Part shown: piece by piece, positions 1 to 8,199 of the stretch
Layout of the letters: every line of letters starts with the position of its first letter
Position numbering within the stretch: position 1 is the stretch's first letter
Assembly: GCA_045649345.1 (NCBI GenBank)
Contig: JAZRPS010000007.1
Location: 1-54,842, forward strand
DNA from: Candidatus Enterousia sp.
GTDB taxonomy: Bacteria > Pseudomonadota > Alphaproteobacteria > Rs-D84
Direction of reading: 5' to 3'
Length of the DNA stretch: 54,842 bases
Position numbers and translations under genes: made by a program
The notes under the pieces: model-generated
Databases searched by the model: none
What the model was told of the DNA's origin: nothing
Seen by the model: the letters and a program-made list of their open reading frames with translations, nothing else

Positions 1-2
1 AT

Positions 3-524
3 ATTGAAAACCAGGCACTGGGTATCGCCGGACGTGTCTATAACGCAGGAAAAATACTGTGTGTTGCGTTGAACAAGTGGGATTTGATTGAACCGGAAAT
101 TCGTGATGAAAAGTTATTAAAACTGAAACATCAATTCTCTAATTCTTTTCATCAAATTATAAAACCAATGATTTTGGCTGTATCGGCAGAAACGGGTACA
201 GGTGTGCAAAATATGTTTCGACGTATTTACGAGCAATGGGATATTTCAATGACCCAGGCACCAACCAGCCTGATTAACAGAATTGTTGAAAAATTGGTAA
301 ATGATAGACAACCACCATTGTCACGCTTGAAAAGACCAATGAAAATTAAGTTTGCACGTCAAACAGGTCGCCATCCAATGCGTATTACAATCAACGTTGG
401 TGGCGCGTCTGATATACCAGAATCATACACGCGATATTTACGTCGTGGTTTGGCAACGGCACTAAAATGGGAACATCTGCCAATTGTTATAGAGTATGAA
501 AAATCAGACAATCCATACGATTAA
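3..524 (+). CDS. der: Ribosome biogenesis GTPase Der/EngA, C-terminal part (5' end outside window)
   Basis: Frame is open from nt 3 (IENQALGIAGRVYNAGKILCVALNKWD). It has the G4 NKWD and G5 SA motifs, then a KH-like tail (PP..KIKFARQ..P, YTRYL..NPY). Confidence 0.9.
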   Translation: MENQALGIAGRVYNAGKILCVALNKWDLIEPEIRDEKLLKLKHQFSNSFHQIIKPMILAVSAETGTGVQNMFRRIYEQWDISMTQAPTSLINRIVEKLVNDRQPPLSRLKRPMKIKFARQTGRHPMRITINVGGASDIPESYTRYLRRGLATALKWEHLPIVIEYEKSDNPYD

Positions 525-550
525 AAATACCGGCATTTTCCAGTGTTTTT
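523..550. repeat. Degenerate copy of the AAAACACCGGCATTTGCCGGTGTTTT palindromic terminator repeat
   Basis: aaaaataccggcattttccagtgttttt lies directly after the der stop codon. Confidence 0.6.
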
Positions 551-579
551 CTATCTTTTATACTTTATTGATAAAAAAC

Positions 580-608
580 TTGTATTTTGTGTTTCAACGT
601 TGTATCCT
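580..608 (+). promoter_or_regulatory. Sigma70-like promoter for the ileS leader
   Basis: TTGTAT(580-585)-17 bp-TATCCT(603-608); the leader ATG is 7 nt downstream. Confidence 0.6.
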
Positions 609-615
609 GTGTGGC

Positions 616-648
616 ATGAAACAAGCAACAATAATTATTATTAAATAA
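616..648 (+). CDS. Putative ileS leader peptide MKQATIIIIK
   Basis: ATG AAA CAA GCA ACA ATA ATT ATT ATT AAA TAA: four consecutive Ile codons, ending about 70 nt upstream of the ileS start. Confidence 0.8.
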   Translation: MKQATIIIIK

Positions 649-651
649 AAG

Positions 652-697
652 GCAACTGCGCTTCTGCGGTGGCTGGGGCGCATGGGCGCCTTTTTTT
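652..697 (+). promoter_or_regulatory. ileS transcription attenuator (alternative hairpins plus U-tract)
   Basis: Terminator is GGCGC(677-681)-ATGG-GCGCC(686-690)-T7. A competing TGCGC(657-661):GCGCA(678-682) pairing would sequester its 5' arm. Confidence 0.75.
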
Positions 698-719
698 AAT
701 ATAAAAACAGGATAAAAAA

Positions 720-3700
720 ATGGCATATAAAAAAACAGATGCGCGTGCAGACTTTACCGCCTTGGAACAGGAAATGTTAACCAAGTGGGCAAACGAAGAT
801 ACTTTTCATAAATCATTGAAACAAACAAAACAGGGGCATCCTTTTTCGTTTTATGATGGGCCCCCATTTGCGAACGGTTTGCCACACTGGGGGCATTTGG
901 GTGTGACGGTGGTCAAAGACATGGTGTCGCGTTTCCAAACAATGAACGGACGGTTTGTGCGACGTGAACTGGGTTGGGATTGTCATGGGTTGCCTGCGGA
1001 AAATTCTGTTGAAAAAAAGCAAGGTCGTCGTGCCAAAGATATCGTTGCAAACGATGGTATTGCGGCATTCTGTGATATGTGCAGAACAGATGTTATGACA
1101 TATACAAACGAATGGAATCGTTTTATATCTCGTATGGGTCGTTGGGTTGATATTGGTGATAACTATGGTTACAGAACTATGGATAAAAATTATATGGAAT
1201 CAATGTTGTGGACGTTAAAGACATTGTATGACAAAGGATTGTTATATAAAGATTACAGTGTTAATCCATACGATTGGGTAAATGGTACAGTGGTATCTAA
1301 TTCCGAGGCATCACAAGACTATCGTGAAATTATTGATGATGCGTTAACTGTTTGGTTTGAACTGGAAAATGGTGACCGGGCGATTGCATGGACAACAACG
1401 CCATGGACACTGCCGGCAAATTCTGCATTGGCGGTAAATCCAAATATGACATATCTGCGTATGCAGGATAGTGATGGTGCCGTATACGTCATCGCAGAAA
1501 GTCGATTAAAGGCATATGAAAAACAATTTGCAAATGCAACAGAAATAGGTCGCATCAAGGGCTCTGATTTGGTTGGGTTGCATTACACACCATTGTTCCC
1601 ATATTATTCGAATGAATCTGAATTGTTATTTCAGGTAATCCCAGCAGATTATGTATCTGACGGCGATGGTACGGGTATCGTTCATATTGCGCCTGCCTAT
1701 GGTGCCGAAGACTTTTGGGCGGCGAAAAACATCGACCCAAAATTCCCAGTACTGTTAAACGTTGATACATATGGAAACTTTGATGAAACAGTAATCGATT
1801 TTGCTGGTGAAAATATTTTTGAAGCCACACCAAAGATAATAGATTGGTTAAAAACAAATGGTAAATTGGTTAAAAAAGAACAATATAAACACAGTTATCC
1901 ATTCGGTGACCGCAGTAAACAAAAACTGATACAACGCGCAACAGATTCATGGTATATCGATGTGCCGAAAATCAAAGATAAGCTGTTGGCAAATAACGCA
2001 AAAGTAAACTGGACATCTGCCGGTGAACGTTTCCGTAATTGGATTGAAAACGCACGCCCATGGTCAATTTCACGAAATCGTTTCTGGGGTATGCCATTGC
2101 CAATCTGGGAACGTAACGGTGAATACAAAGTTTTTGGTTCAATCGCAGAATTGGAAGAATTCTTTGGCGTGAAAATTGATGACCTGCATCGCCCAACACT
2201 GGATAAACTGACCAAGGACGGTTGGACACGCATAACAGATGTTCTGGATTGCTGGGTGGAAAGTGGTTCTATGCCATGGGCATCATTGCACTATCCATTT
2301 GAAAATGCAGAACGCTTTGCGGCGACTTTCCCGGCAGACTATATTATCGAAGGTCAAGACCAAACACGCGGTTGGTTCTATGCACTGATGGTGCTGGCAA
2401 CTGCCCTGTTTGATAAACCTGCGTTCAAGACAGTGTCGGTTAATGGTTTAATGGTTGATGAAAACAAAAAGAAATATTCAAAATCATTAAAAAACTATGT
2501 TGATCCTTCACAACAAATTGAACAATACGGTGCGGATGCGGTTCGTTTATTTATACTGGGGTCTAATTTTATGAAAACAGAACCTGTGCCAATTGATAAC
2601 GAAGGTAAAGTTTTCTTGGATTCCGGTAAAGTAATTCAAACACCATTATGGAATGCGTATCACTTCTTTACGTTGTATGCAAATGCAGGCAATGTCACTG
2701 CGCATGAAATCAGCAATCCAACGAACGTATTGGATAAATACATTTTGGCTGAATTAAATGTATTAACAGATGTGGTTAGAAATTCATTAAATGAATATAA
2801 ACCAGATGTTGCAATCAAAGAATTTGTTCGATTCTTGGACGTATTAAACAACTGGTATATTCGTCGTGGGCGTGCACGTTTCTGGGACGAAGAACAGGAT
2901 GCATTTGATACGCTGTATACGGTATTGGTGCGCTTTTGTCGCGTATTGGCACCATTCGCGCCATTTATCTCAGAATATATCTATACAAATTTAACAGGCG
3001 ATGAATCTGTGCACCTGACCACGTTCCCAGAATCAGAAAAAGTAGATGAAAAAATCGTTGATGACATGCGTCGTGTGCAATCAATTGTATCAACCGGCAA
3101 ACAGTTGCGCGAAGAATATAAATTGCGCAATCGTCTGCCATTGAATTCATTGACGGTCGCAGGCGCAAACATGCCCGAATACGCAGATATTATCAAAGAT
3201 GAACTGAACGTAAAATCAGTGAAATTCAATGAAACCTTTAACGACGTTGCAGATAGTTTTATATATCTGATTACACCAAAAATCGGCGCACGTTTGGGTG
3301 GCGCATTAAAGGAAATCATCCCATCGGTAAAGCGTGGCGATTATGAAATCGTGGGCGATAAATTAATTGCGTCTGGTCACGAATTAAATTCAGACGAATT
3401 TGAAAATCGTCTGACTGTAAAGCCGGGTGTGACGGGTGCGACCCTGCCTGATAATACGGCGGTTGTCGTACTGGATACAGATGTTAATTCAGACCTGATT
3501 GCCGAAGGTCTGGCGAACGATGCGTTGCGCTTTATCCAAGACACGCGCAAGGTGGCGGGGCTGGATGTGTCTGACCGTATTGTGCTGACATATTCGGCAG
3601 AACCTGCGTTGGCAATGGCGATTGAACAGCATAAACGTCGTATTATGCGCGATGCGTTGGTTGTTGAAATGGTTTGCGGTGACGGCGAATACACCAAGGA

Positions 3701-3743
3701 TATAGAAGGCTATGCATTAAGTATTTCTGTTAAAAAGGCATAA
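720..3743 (+). CDS. ileS: Isoleucyl-tRNA synthetase, type 2 (archaeal/eukaryote-like)
   Basis: FYDGPPFANGLPHWGH, GWDCHGLP, WTTTPWTLP, GTGIVH, WSISRNRFWG, EGQDQTRGWF and KYSKS motifs; long type-2 C-terminus without the type-1 zinc finger. Confidence 0.97.
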   Translation: MAYKKTDARADFTALEQEMLTKWANEDTFHKSLKQTKQGHPFSFYDGPPFANGLPHWGHLGVTVVKDMVSRFQTMNGRFVRRELGWDCHGLPAENSVEKKQGRRAKDIVANDGIAAFCDMCRTDVMTYTNEWNRFISRMGRWVDIGDNYGYRTMDKNYMESMLWTLKTLYDKGLLYKDYSVNPYDWVNGTVVSNSEASQDYREIIDDALTVWFELENGDRAIAWTTTPWTLPANSALAVNPNMTYLRMQDSDGAVYVIAESRLKAYEKQFANATEIGRIKGSDLVGLHYTPLFPYYSNESELLFQVIPADYVSDGDGTGIVHIAPAYGAEDFWAAKNIDPKFPVLLNVDTYGNFDETVIDFAGENIFEATPKIIDWLKTNGKLVKKEQYKHSYPFGDRSKQKLIQRATDSWYIDVPKIKDKLLANNAKVNWTSAGERFRNWIENARPWSISRNRFWGMPLPIWERNGEYKVFGSIAELEEFFGVKIDDLHRPTLDKLTKDGWTRITDVLDCWVESGSMPWASLHYPFENAERFAATFPADYIIEGQDQTRGWFYALMVLATALFDKPAFKTVSVNGLMVDENKKKYSKSLKNYVDPSQQIEQYGADAVRLFILGSNFMKTEPVPIDNEGKVFLDSGKVIQTPLWNAYHFFTLYANAGNVTAHEISNPTNVLDKYILAELNVLTDVVRNSLNEYKPDVAIKEFVRFLDVLNNWYIRRGRARFWDEEQDAFDTLYTVLVRFCRVLAPFAPFISEYIYTNLTGDESVHLTTFPESEKVDEKIVDDMRRVQSIVSTGKQLREEYKLRNRLPLNSLTVAGANMPEYADIIKDELNVKSVKFNETFNDVADSFIYLITPKIGARLGGALKEIIPSVKRGDYEIVGDKLIASGHELNSDEFENRLTVKPGVTGATLPDNTAVVVLDTDVNSDLIAEGLANDALRFIQDTRKVAGLDVSDRIVLTYSAEPALAMAIEQHKRRIMRDALVVEMVCGDGEYTKDIEGYALSISVKKA

Positions 3744-3753
3744 GGAGTAAGTT

Positions 3754-4023
3754 ATGGCAAAATATTATTGTGAAAAATATTTTTACCCAGAAAAATATAA
3801 CACATATAAATGCGAGTATAAATGCGAGCAAAACGAACAAAAGGTATGTTCGCGTGAATGCAATGAATCTAATTACTGTCCGCGCAAATTGCGTTTGGAT
3901 AAAGAACAGTTTGCAATGCTGGACAGTTTGCGCGTTGTAAAGAAACAAAATCTAAAAATCATGGAACAAAACAAAAAGATTATAGAAGAGTTGACATTAC
4001 AACGATTACAGAAACAAGAATAA
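3754..4023 (+). CDS. Small Cys/Tyr/Lys-rich hypothetical protein with a coiled-coil C-terminus
   Basis: SD aaggag upstream; it fills the gap between ileS and nth, and its stop overlaps the nth start (TAATG). Confidence 0.75.
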   Translation: MAKYYCEKYFYPEKYNTYKCEYKCEQNEQKVCSRECNESNYCPRKLRLDKEQFAMLDSLRVVKKQNLKIMEQNKKIIEELTLQRLQKQE

Positions 4024-4670
4024 TGACGCCGGCACAATATTTTGAAATGGTTCCGCCGACCGTTGATATGACGATACGGTCGGAACTGTTTCATACAAAC
4101 GAATTTAACTTTGCGGTGGCGGTGATTCTATCCGCCCAGGCAACAGATAAAAAAGTGAACGAGGTGACATCTGCCCTATTTTCTGTTGCACCCACGCCTG
4201 AAAAAATGTTGGCATTGGGATTGGACGGATTAAAAGAACATATCCGGGTCATTTCTTTCTTTAATAACAAGGCGAAAAATATTATCGCATTGTCGGAACG
4301 ATTACATGCCGAAAATATGACCGATAAATTCCCGACCAAATATCATAATCGCGATGAATTGATGAAATTGCCGGGCATCGGACAAAAGACTGCAAATGTT
4401 GTGTGCAATGTCCTGTGGGGTGCGCCAAATATCGGCGTGGATACGCATGTTTTCCGCAATGCACACAGATACGGTTGGGTCGATGACGCGGACAATACAC
4501 CCGAAAAAGTTGAATTAAAACTGTTGAAAAAAATTCCAAAAAAGTATCACGCAATTGTAAATCATGTAATGGTTTTACACGGTCGGTATGTGTGTACTGC
4601 ACTGCGACCAAAGTGTGATAAATGTCCTATTTCAAATTATTGTCCGTATAATAATAAATCTTTGCATTAA
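4023..4670 (+). CDS. nth: Endonuclease III
   Basis: ILSAQATD, HhH motif LPGIGQKTAN, VDTHVFR, and 4Fe-4S motif C-x6-C-x2-C-x5-C. Confidence 0.95.
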   Translation: MTPAQYFEMVPPTVDMTIRSELFHTNEFNFAVAVILSAQATDKKVNEVTSALFSVAPTPEKMLALGLDGLKEHIRVISFFNNKAKNIIALSERLHAENMTDKFPTKYHNRDELMKLPGIGQKTANVVCNVLWGAPNIGVDTHVFRNAHRYGWVDDADNTPEKVELKLLKKIPKKYHAIVNHVMVLHGRYVCTALRPKCDKCPISNYCPYNNKSLH

Positions 4671-4695
4671 ATATTTCTCTTCCGACCCATGAAAC

Positions 4696-4727
4696 AAAAA
4701 AACACCCCGCACGGGGGTATTTTTTTT
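4696..4727. terminator. Bidirectional intrinsic terminator (nth / tRNA)
   Basis: A-tract, ACCCC-gcac-GGGGGT stem, T-tract. Confidence 0.8.
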
Positions 4728-4732
4728 AGTTT

Positions 4733-4806
4733 TGGAGGCCTGGGTCGGGATCGAACCGGCATCCAGGGATTTTCAGTCCTCTGCATAACCACTCTGCCAC
4801 CAGGCC
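4733..4806 (-). tRNA. tRNA with tRNA-Cys scaffold but GAA (Phe) anticodon; CCA encoded
   Basis: GGCCUGG UG GCA GAGUGGUUA UGC A GAGGA CU-GAA-AA UCCCU GGAU GCCGG UUCGAUC CCGAC CCAGGCC U CCA. It is 74 nt with a perfect 7-bp acceptor stem and U73. Confidence 0.9.
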
Positions 4807-4902
4807 AAAACTTTGTGTCGTCATATTACGCAAAAAAAAATTGTATTTCAACATAAAAATAGTATAATTATTAACAAAGTTTATAAGAGAGAGTGGGATT
4901 CC

Positions 4903-6243
4903 ATGAAAAAAGTATCATTTTGGGCACTGTTTTTAATGCCTTGTTATGCATTTGCGTCGTCTGATGATTGTATGACACGAACGACTGTACCCTCAGAACG
5001 CATGACCTTGCCCCAGGTTATTGAATTGGGGTTATGTCGAAATCCCCAGACAACGGCATCTTATTTGGCATATGAATCCGCGCGTTTATCAAAAAATGCT
5101 AATTATGCGGATTATTTACCCAGTGTAAACGCATCTGCATCTGCATCATTACCATACAGAAACAAAGAATGGGGTGATTGGTCATATGGTGCATCATTGT
5201 CGGCATCTTATTTGATTTTTGATTTTGGTAAACGTCTGGCTGATTTGAATCAGTCTGCGGCCGCGTGGCGTGCAACTGGGTTTGATTATGATGAAACGGT
5301 TCAAAATTATATTTACAGTTTAATTGGTTCTTATTATGCCCTGTTGAACGCAGATGCAGATGTAAAGTCTGCGGAAATGTTGCGTACCGTGGCGCAAACG
5401 GCACGTGATACCGCCCAGAAAAAGTTCAAGGCCGGCGCTGTCGCCAAGGCAGATGTATTAAAGGCTGACACTACATTGGCCAGTCGTGATCTTGATTTAG
5501 AACGTGCGAAAAACAATCGTGAAATTGCCAAGGGTACATTGTTAAATAAATTATCGTTCCCAGCCAACCAGAATATTGAAATTGCAGACCTGCCGTCTGA
5601 AATTGGCGCGCCCCAGGAAACAAAGACGCTGGACGAATTGTTCGCCCAGGCGGAAAAAACACGCCCTGATTTATTGCGTGCAACTGCGAACAAGGATTCT
5701 GCGTGGCACAGAAGAAACAGTGTGTTTTTAAGTAATTTACCATCGATTTCTGCATCTGGTTCTGTATCTTGGAATGATACGCCGTCCGAAACATATGGTG
5801 CCGGTTCTGATAAAATCAGTGGCAGTATTGGTATCCGTGCATCTATGCCATTGTTTGCGGGGTTTGCGAACTTATACAATGCCCGTGCCGCCCAGGTAAA
5901 TTATGACCGTGCAATCGAACAGGAACGCGCTGCCCAGGATAATGCAACACTGGACGTGTTTACCGCATATCAGAATTACAAGACTGCCCAGACGGTATTA
6001 AAACAAACGGAAACATTGTTAAAATCTGCCACGGAATCAGAACGTGTGACCGCCGGTATGTACAAGGTTGGACGTGCAACAATGTTGGATTGGCAAACCG
6101 CACAATCTGAATTGGTATCTGCGGAAAAACAAAACAATGCCGCCAGATATGATTTGTTTACAAAACGTGCGGCTGTTGCATTGGCGGTTGGTGAAATAAA
6201 GGCAGAGTTAGAGGAGGGAAAACACCATGAAGAAAACAATTAA
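4903..6243 (+). CDS. TolC-family outer membrane efflux protein
   Basis: Signal peptide MKKVSFWALFLMPCYAFA; two OEP repeats (LIFDFGKR, MPLFAGF, YKVGRATMLD). Start moved to ATG 4903 after a purine-rich SD-like stretch. Confidence 0.9.
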   Translation: MKKVSFWALFLMPCYAFASSDDCMTRTTVPSERMTLPQVIELGLCRNPQTTASYLAYESARLSKNANYADYLPSVNASASASLPYRNKEWGDWSYGASLSASYLIFDFGKRLADLNQSAAAWRATGFDYDETVQNYIYSLIGSYYALLNADADVKSAEMLRTVAQTARDTAQKKFKAGAVAKADVLKADTTLASRDLDLERAKNNREIAKGTLLNKLSFPANQNIEIADLPSEIGAPQETKTLDELFAQAEKTRPDLLRATANKDSAWHRRNSVFLSNLPSISASGSVSWNDTPSETYGAGSDKISGSIGIRASMPLFAGFANLYNARAAQVNYDRAIEQERAAQDNATLDVFTAYQNYKTAQTVLKQTETLLKSATESERVTAGMYKVGRATMLDWQTAQSELVSAEKQNNAARYDLFTKRAAVALAVGEIKAELEEGKHHEENN

Positions 6244-7447
6244 AACACCGGCAAATACCGGCAAAAAGCCATCTTTTTTCGGTCGTGTTTTTGGATGGTT
6301 GTGGCGTAAAAAATGGTGGGTGTTAATTGCGCTGGTTTTGGTAATTGGTGCATGGATATGGATTGGCACATCTAATAAAAAGCCCGGTGAATTTATCACA
6401 TTAAATATCACACGTGGTGACCTGCGCCAGGTTGTGACTGCAACCGGTGAAATTCAGCCTGTAAATACAGTAAACGTTGGTTCCCAGGTTTCTGGTACAA
6501 TCGATAACCTGTACGTTGATTTTAATTCCAAGGTAAAAAAAGGCGATGTTTTGCTAACAATTGAACCATCTGTATTACAGGCAACAGTTGATGAATCCAA
6601 GGCATCACTGGACAGTGCAATATCCCAGCGTAATTTCGCCAAGAGTGAATACGAACGCAATAAAATGTTATACGATGGTGGTATGATTGCCCGCGCCGAA
6701 ATGGAACAGTCCCAGACCCAATACGAACAATCCGAACAATCTGTAAAACGCGCCCAGTCTACATATGACCGTGCGGTCACAAATCTAGGATATGCGACAA
6801 TTGCATCGCCTGTTGATGGGACTGTCATCTCGCGCAAGGTTGACGTTGGTCAAACGGTTGCGGCATCTTTCCAAACCCCAGACTTATTCGAAATTGCCGA
6901 AGATTTAACAAAAATGCAAATTGAAACATCTGTATCAGAGGCAGATATTGGTGTCATCAAAGAAGGACAGCCCGTCACCTTTACCGTTGATGCGTATCCA
7001 ACCGAAGAATTCGTTGGCATTGTGCGCCAGGTACGTCTGGCCCCAACAACAACGTCTAATGTTGTTGTATACACTGTGGTTATTGACGTTGATAATTCTG
7101 ATTTGCGTTTAATGCCTGGGATGACTGCATTTGTGACAATAATTATTTCTGAACGTGACAATGTTTGGAAAACCCAGAATGCCGCGTTCTTGGTTCGTGA
7201 TTTCAAGAATTTCTTGGACGAAGAACAAACAAATGGCGCATCCCCTGTGACACATTTGGCAATATTGCGCGCAGACGACGTTGTTATGATTCCGTATACC
7301 AAGGGGTTATCAACCGCCACAGAAACAGAAGTTATTTCTGACGAAATCGAACTGGGCGATAAAATCATCGTTGGTCGTGTCGGTATGTTAAGCACAAATA
7401 AAAACAAGCAAGGTGGTATGAACCCAATGCGTGGACCACGTCGATGA
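6227..7447 (+). CDS. Efflux periplasmic adaptor subunit (MacA-like)
   Basis: N-terminal TM segment, VGSQVSG..VDFNSKVKKGD, SPVDGTVISR.VDVGQTVAASFQTP, L.PGMTA. Overlaps the tolC stop. Confidence 0.9.
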   Translation: MKKTIKTPANTGKKPSFFGRVFGWLWRKKWWVLIALVLVIGAWIWIGTSNKKPGEFITLNITRGDLRQVVTATGEIQPVNTVNVGSQVSGTIDNLYVDFNSKVKKGDVLLTIEPSVLQATVDESKASLDSAISQRNFAKSEYERNKMLYDGGMIARAEMEQSQTQYEQSEQSVKRAQSTYDRAVTNLGYATIASPVDGTVISRKVDVGQTVAASFQTPDLFEIAEDLTKMQIETSVSEADIGVIKEGQPVTFTVDAYPTEEFVGIVRQVRLAPTTTSNVVVYTVVIDVDNSDLRLMPGMTAFVTIIISERDNVWKTQNAAFLVRDFKNFLDEEQTNGASPVTHLAILRADDVVMIPYTKGLSTATETEVISDEIELGDKIIVGRVGMLSTNKNKQGGMNPMRGPRR

Positions 7448-7460
7448 TATAAAATGTAGA

Positions 7461-7502
7461 AAAATAAACCGTCAGGAAATTAAGCCTGACGGTTTATTTT
7501 TT
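7461..7502. terminator. Bidirectional terminator
   Basis: aaaataaaccgtcagg-aaattaag-cctgacggtttatttt, a perfect 16-bp inverted repeat between convergent genes. Confidence 0.85.
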
Positions 7503-7515
7503 ACAAAACGATGGA

Positions 7516-7815
7516 TTACATCGGTAATGGTACACCTGCTGTTGCGTCACCCATAACCTGGTCAATAATATCGTCTGCCTTTTTCTTGGCGTCGTTATAT
7601 GCCACCATTACGATTTCAGCAACCGCATCCGCACCACGTGATAAAACATCTGGACGGATTGTTAATTTTAACAAATCGTATTTACCAGACATGTCAACGA
7701 TACATGCACCATTGTCCGCAATGCCTTTGATAACTGTTTTTGCCAATTTATCTTGTGCGTCTGCAACCTTGTTCTGCAAGGCTGCTGCCTGTGCCATTAA
7801 TGATTCCATATCCAT
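7516..7815 (-). CDS. ybaB: YbaB/EbfC nucleoid-associated protein
   Basis: MESLMAQAAALQ..AQDKL..G.A.NG..V...G..L.I.P..L..AYNDA pattern; 99 aa; SD aggagg. Confidence 0.85.
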   Translation of the reverse strand: MDMESLMAQAAALQNKVADAQDKLAKTVIKGIADNGACIVDMSGKYDLLKLTIRPDVLSRGADAVAEIVMVAYNDAKKKADDIIDQVMGDATAGVPLPM

Positions 7816-7825
7816 TGTTAACCTC

Positions 7826-8188
7826 CTACTTTTGTTTTTCGTTTATGTGCAACATTTGCAGAATTTTTTGTGGAACATTGTATAAACGTGCAAATGTCGA
7901 ATTTAAATGCAAACCCGGAATTATATTTTCATTTGCATAATCGCGTGCATCTGCTGGTTTTTCTTGATGTGTTGATTTATACATCATATCTGTATAACGC
8001 ACAAATCCAGACGGCGAATCATTGCGACGCGAAAGGATGAAAAGATATCGTTTTGTTTTGACATCCTGCGCAAGATATGGCAAATAATTTTCCAGCAACC
8101 AACGTTTATGCTTTGCGACATCAGCGACAGCACACCCCAGGTGTGCCGCCCACTGTTCATCTGTCCATTTTAATTGTTCTGGTGTCAT
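7826..8188 (-). CDS. Hypothetical protein (orphan)
   Basis: 120-aa ORF filling the pnp-ybaB gap, co-directional with both, SD aagga. Confidence 0.75.
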   Translation of the reverse strand: MTPEQLKWTDEQWAAHLGCAVADVAKHKRWLLENYLPYLAQDVKTKRYLFILSRRNDSPSGFVRYTDMMYKSTHQEKPADARDYANENIIPGLHLNSTFARLYNVPQKILQMLHINEKQK

Positions 8189-8199
8189 TTATAAATCCT

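Noticed and set aside
4671-4900. tRNA as an integration site for a genomic island
   Set aside because: No integrase gene and no duplicated tRNA 3' end were found in the window.
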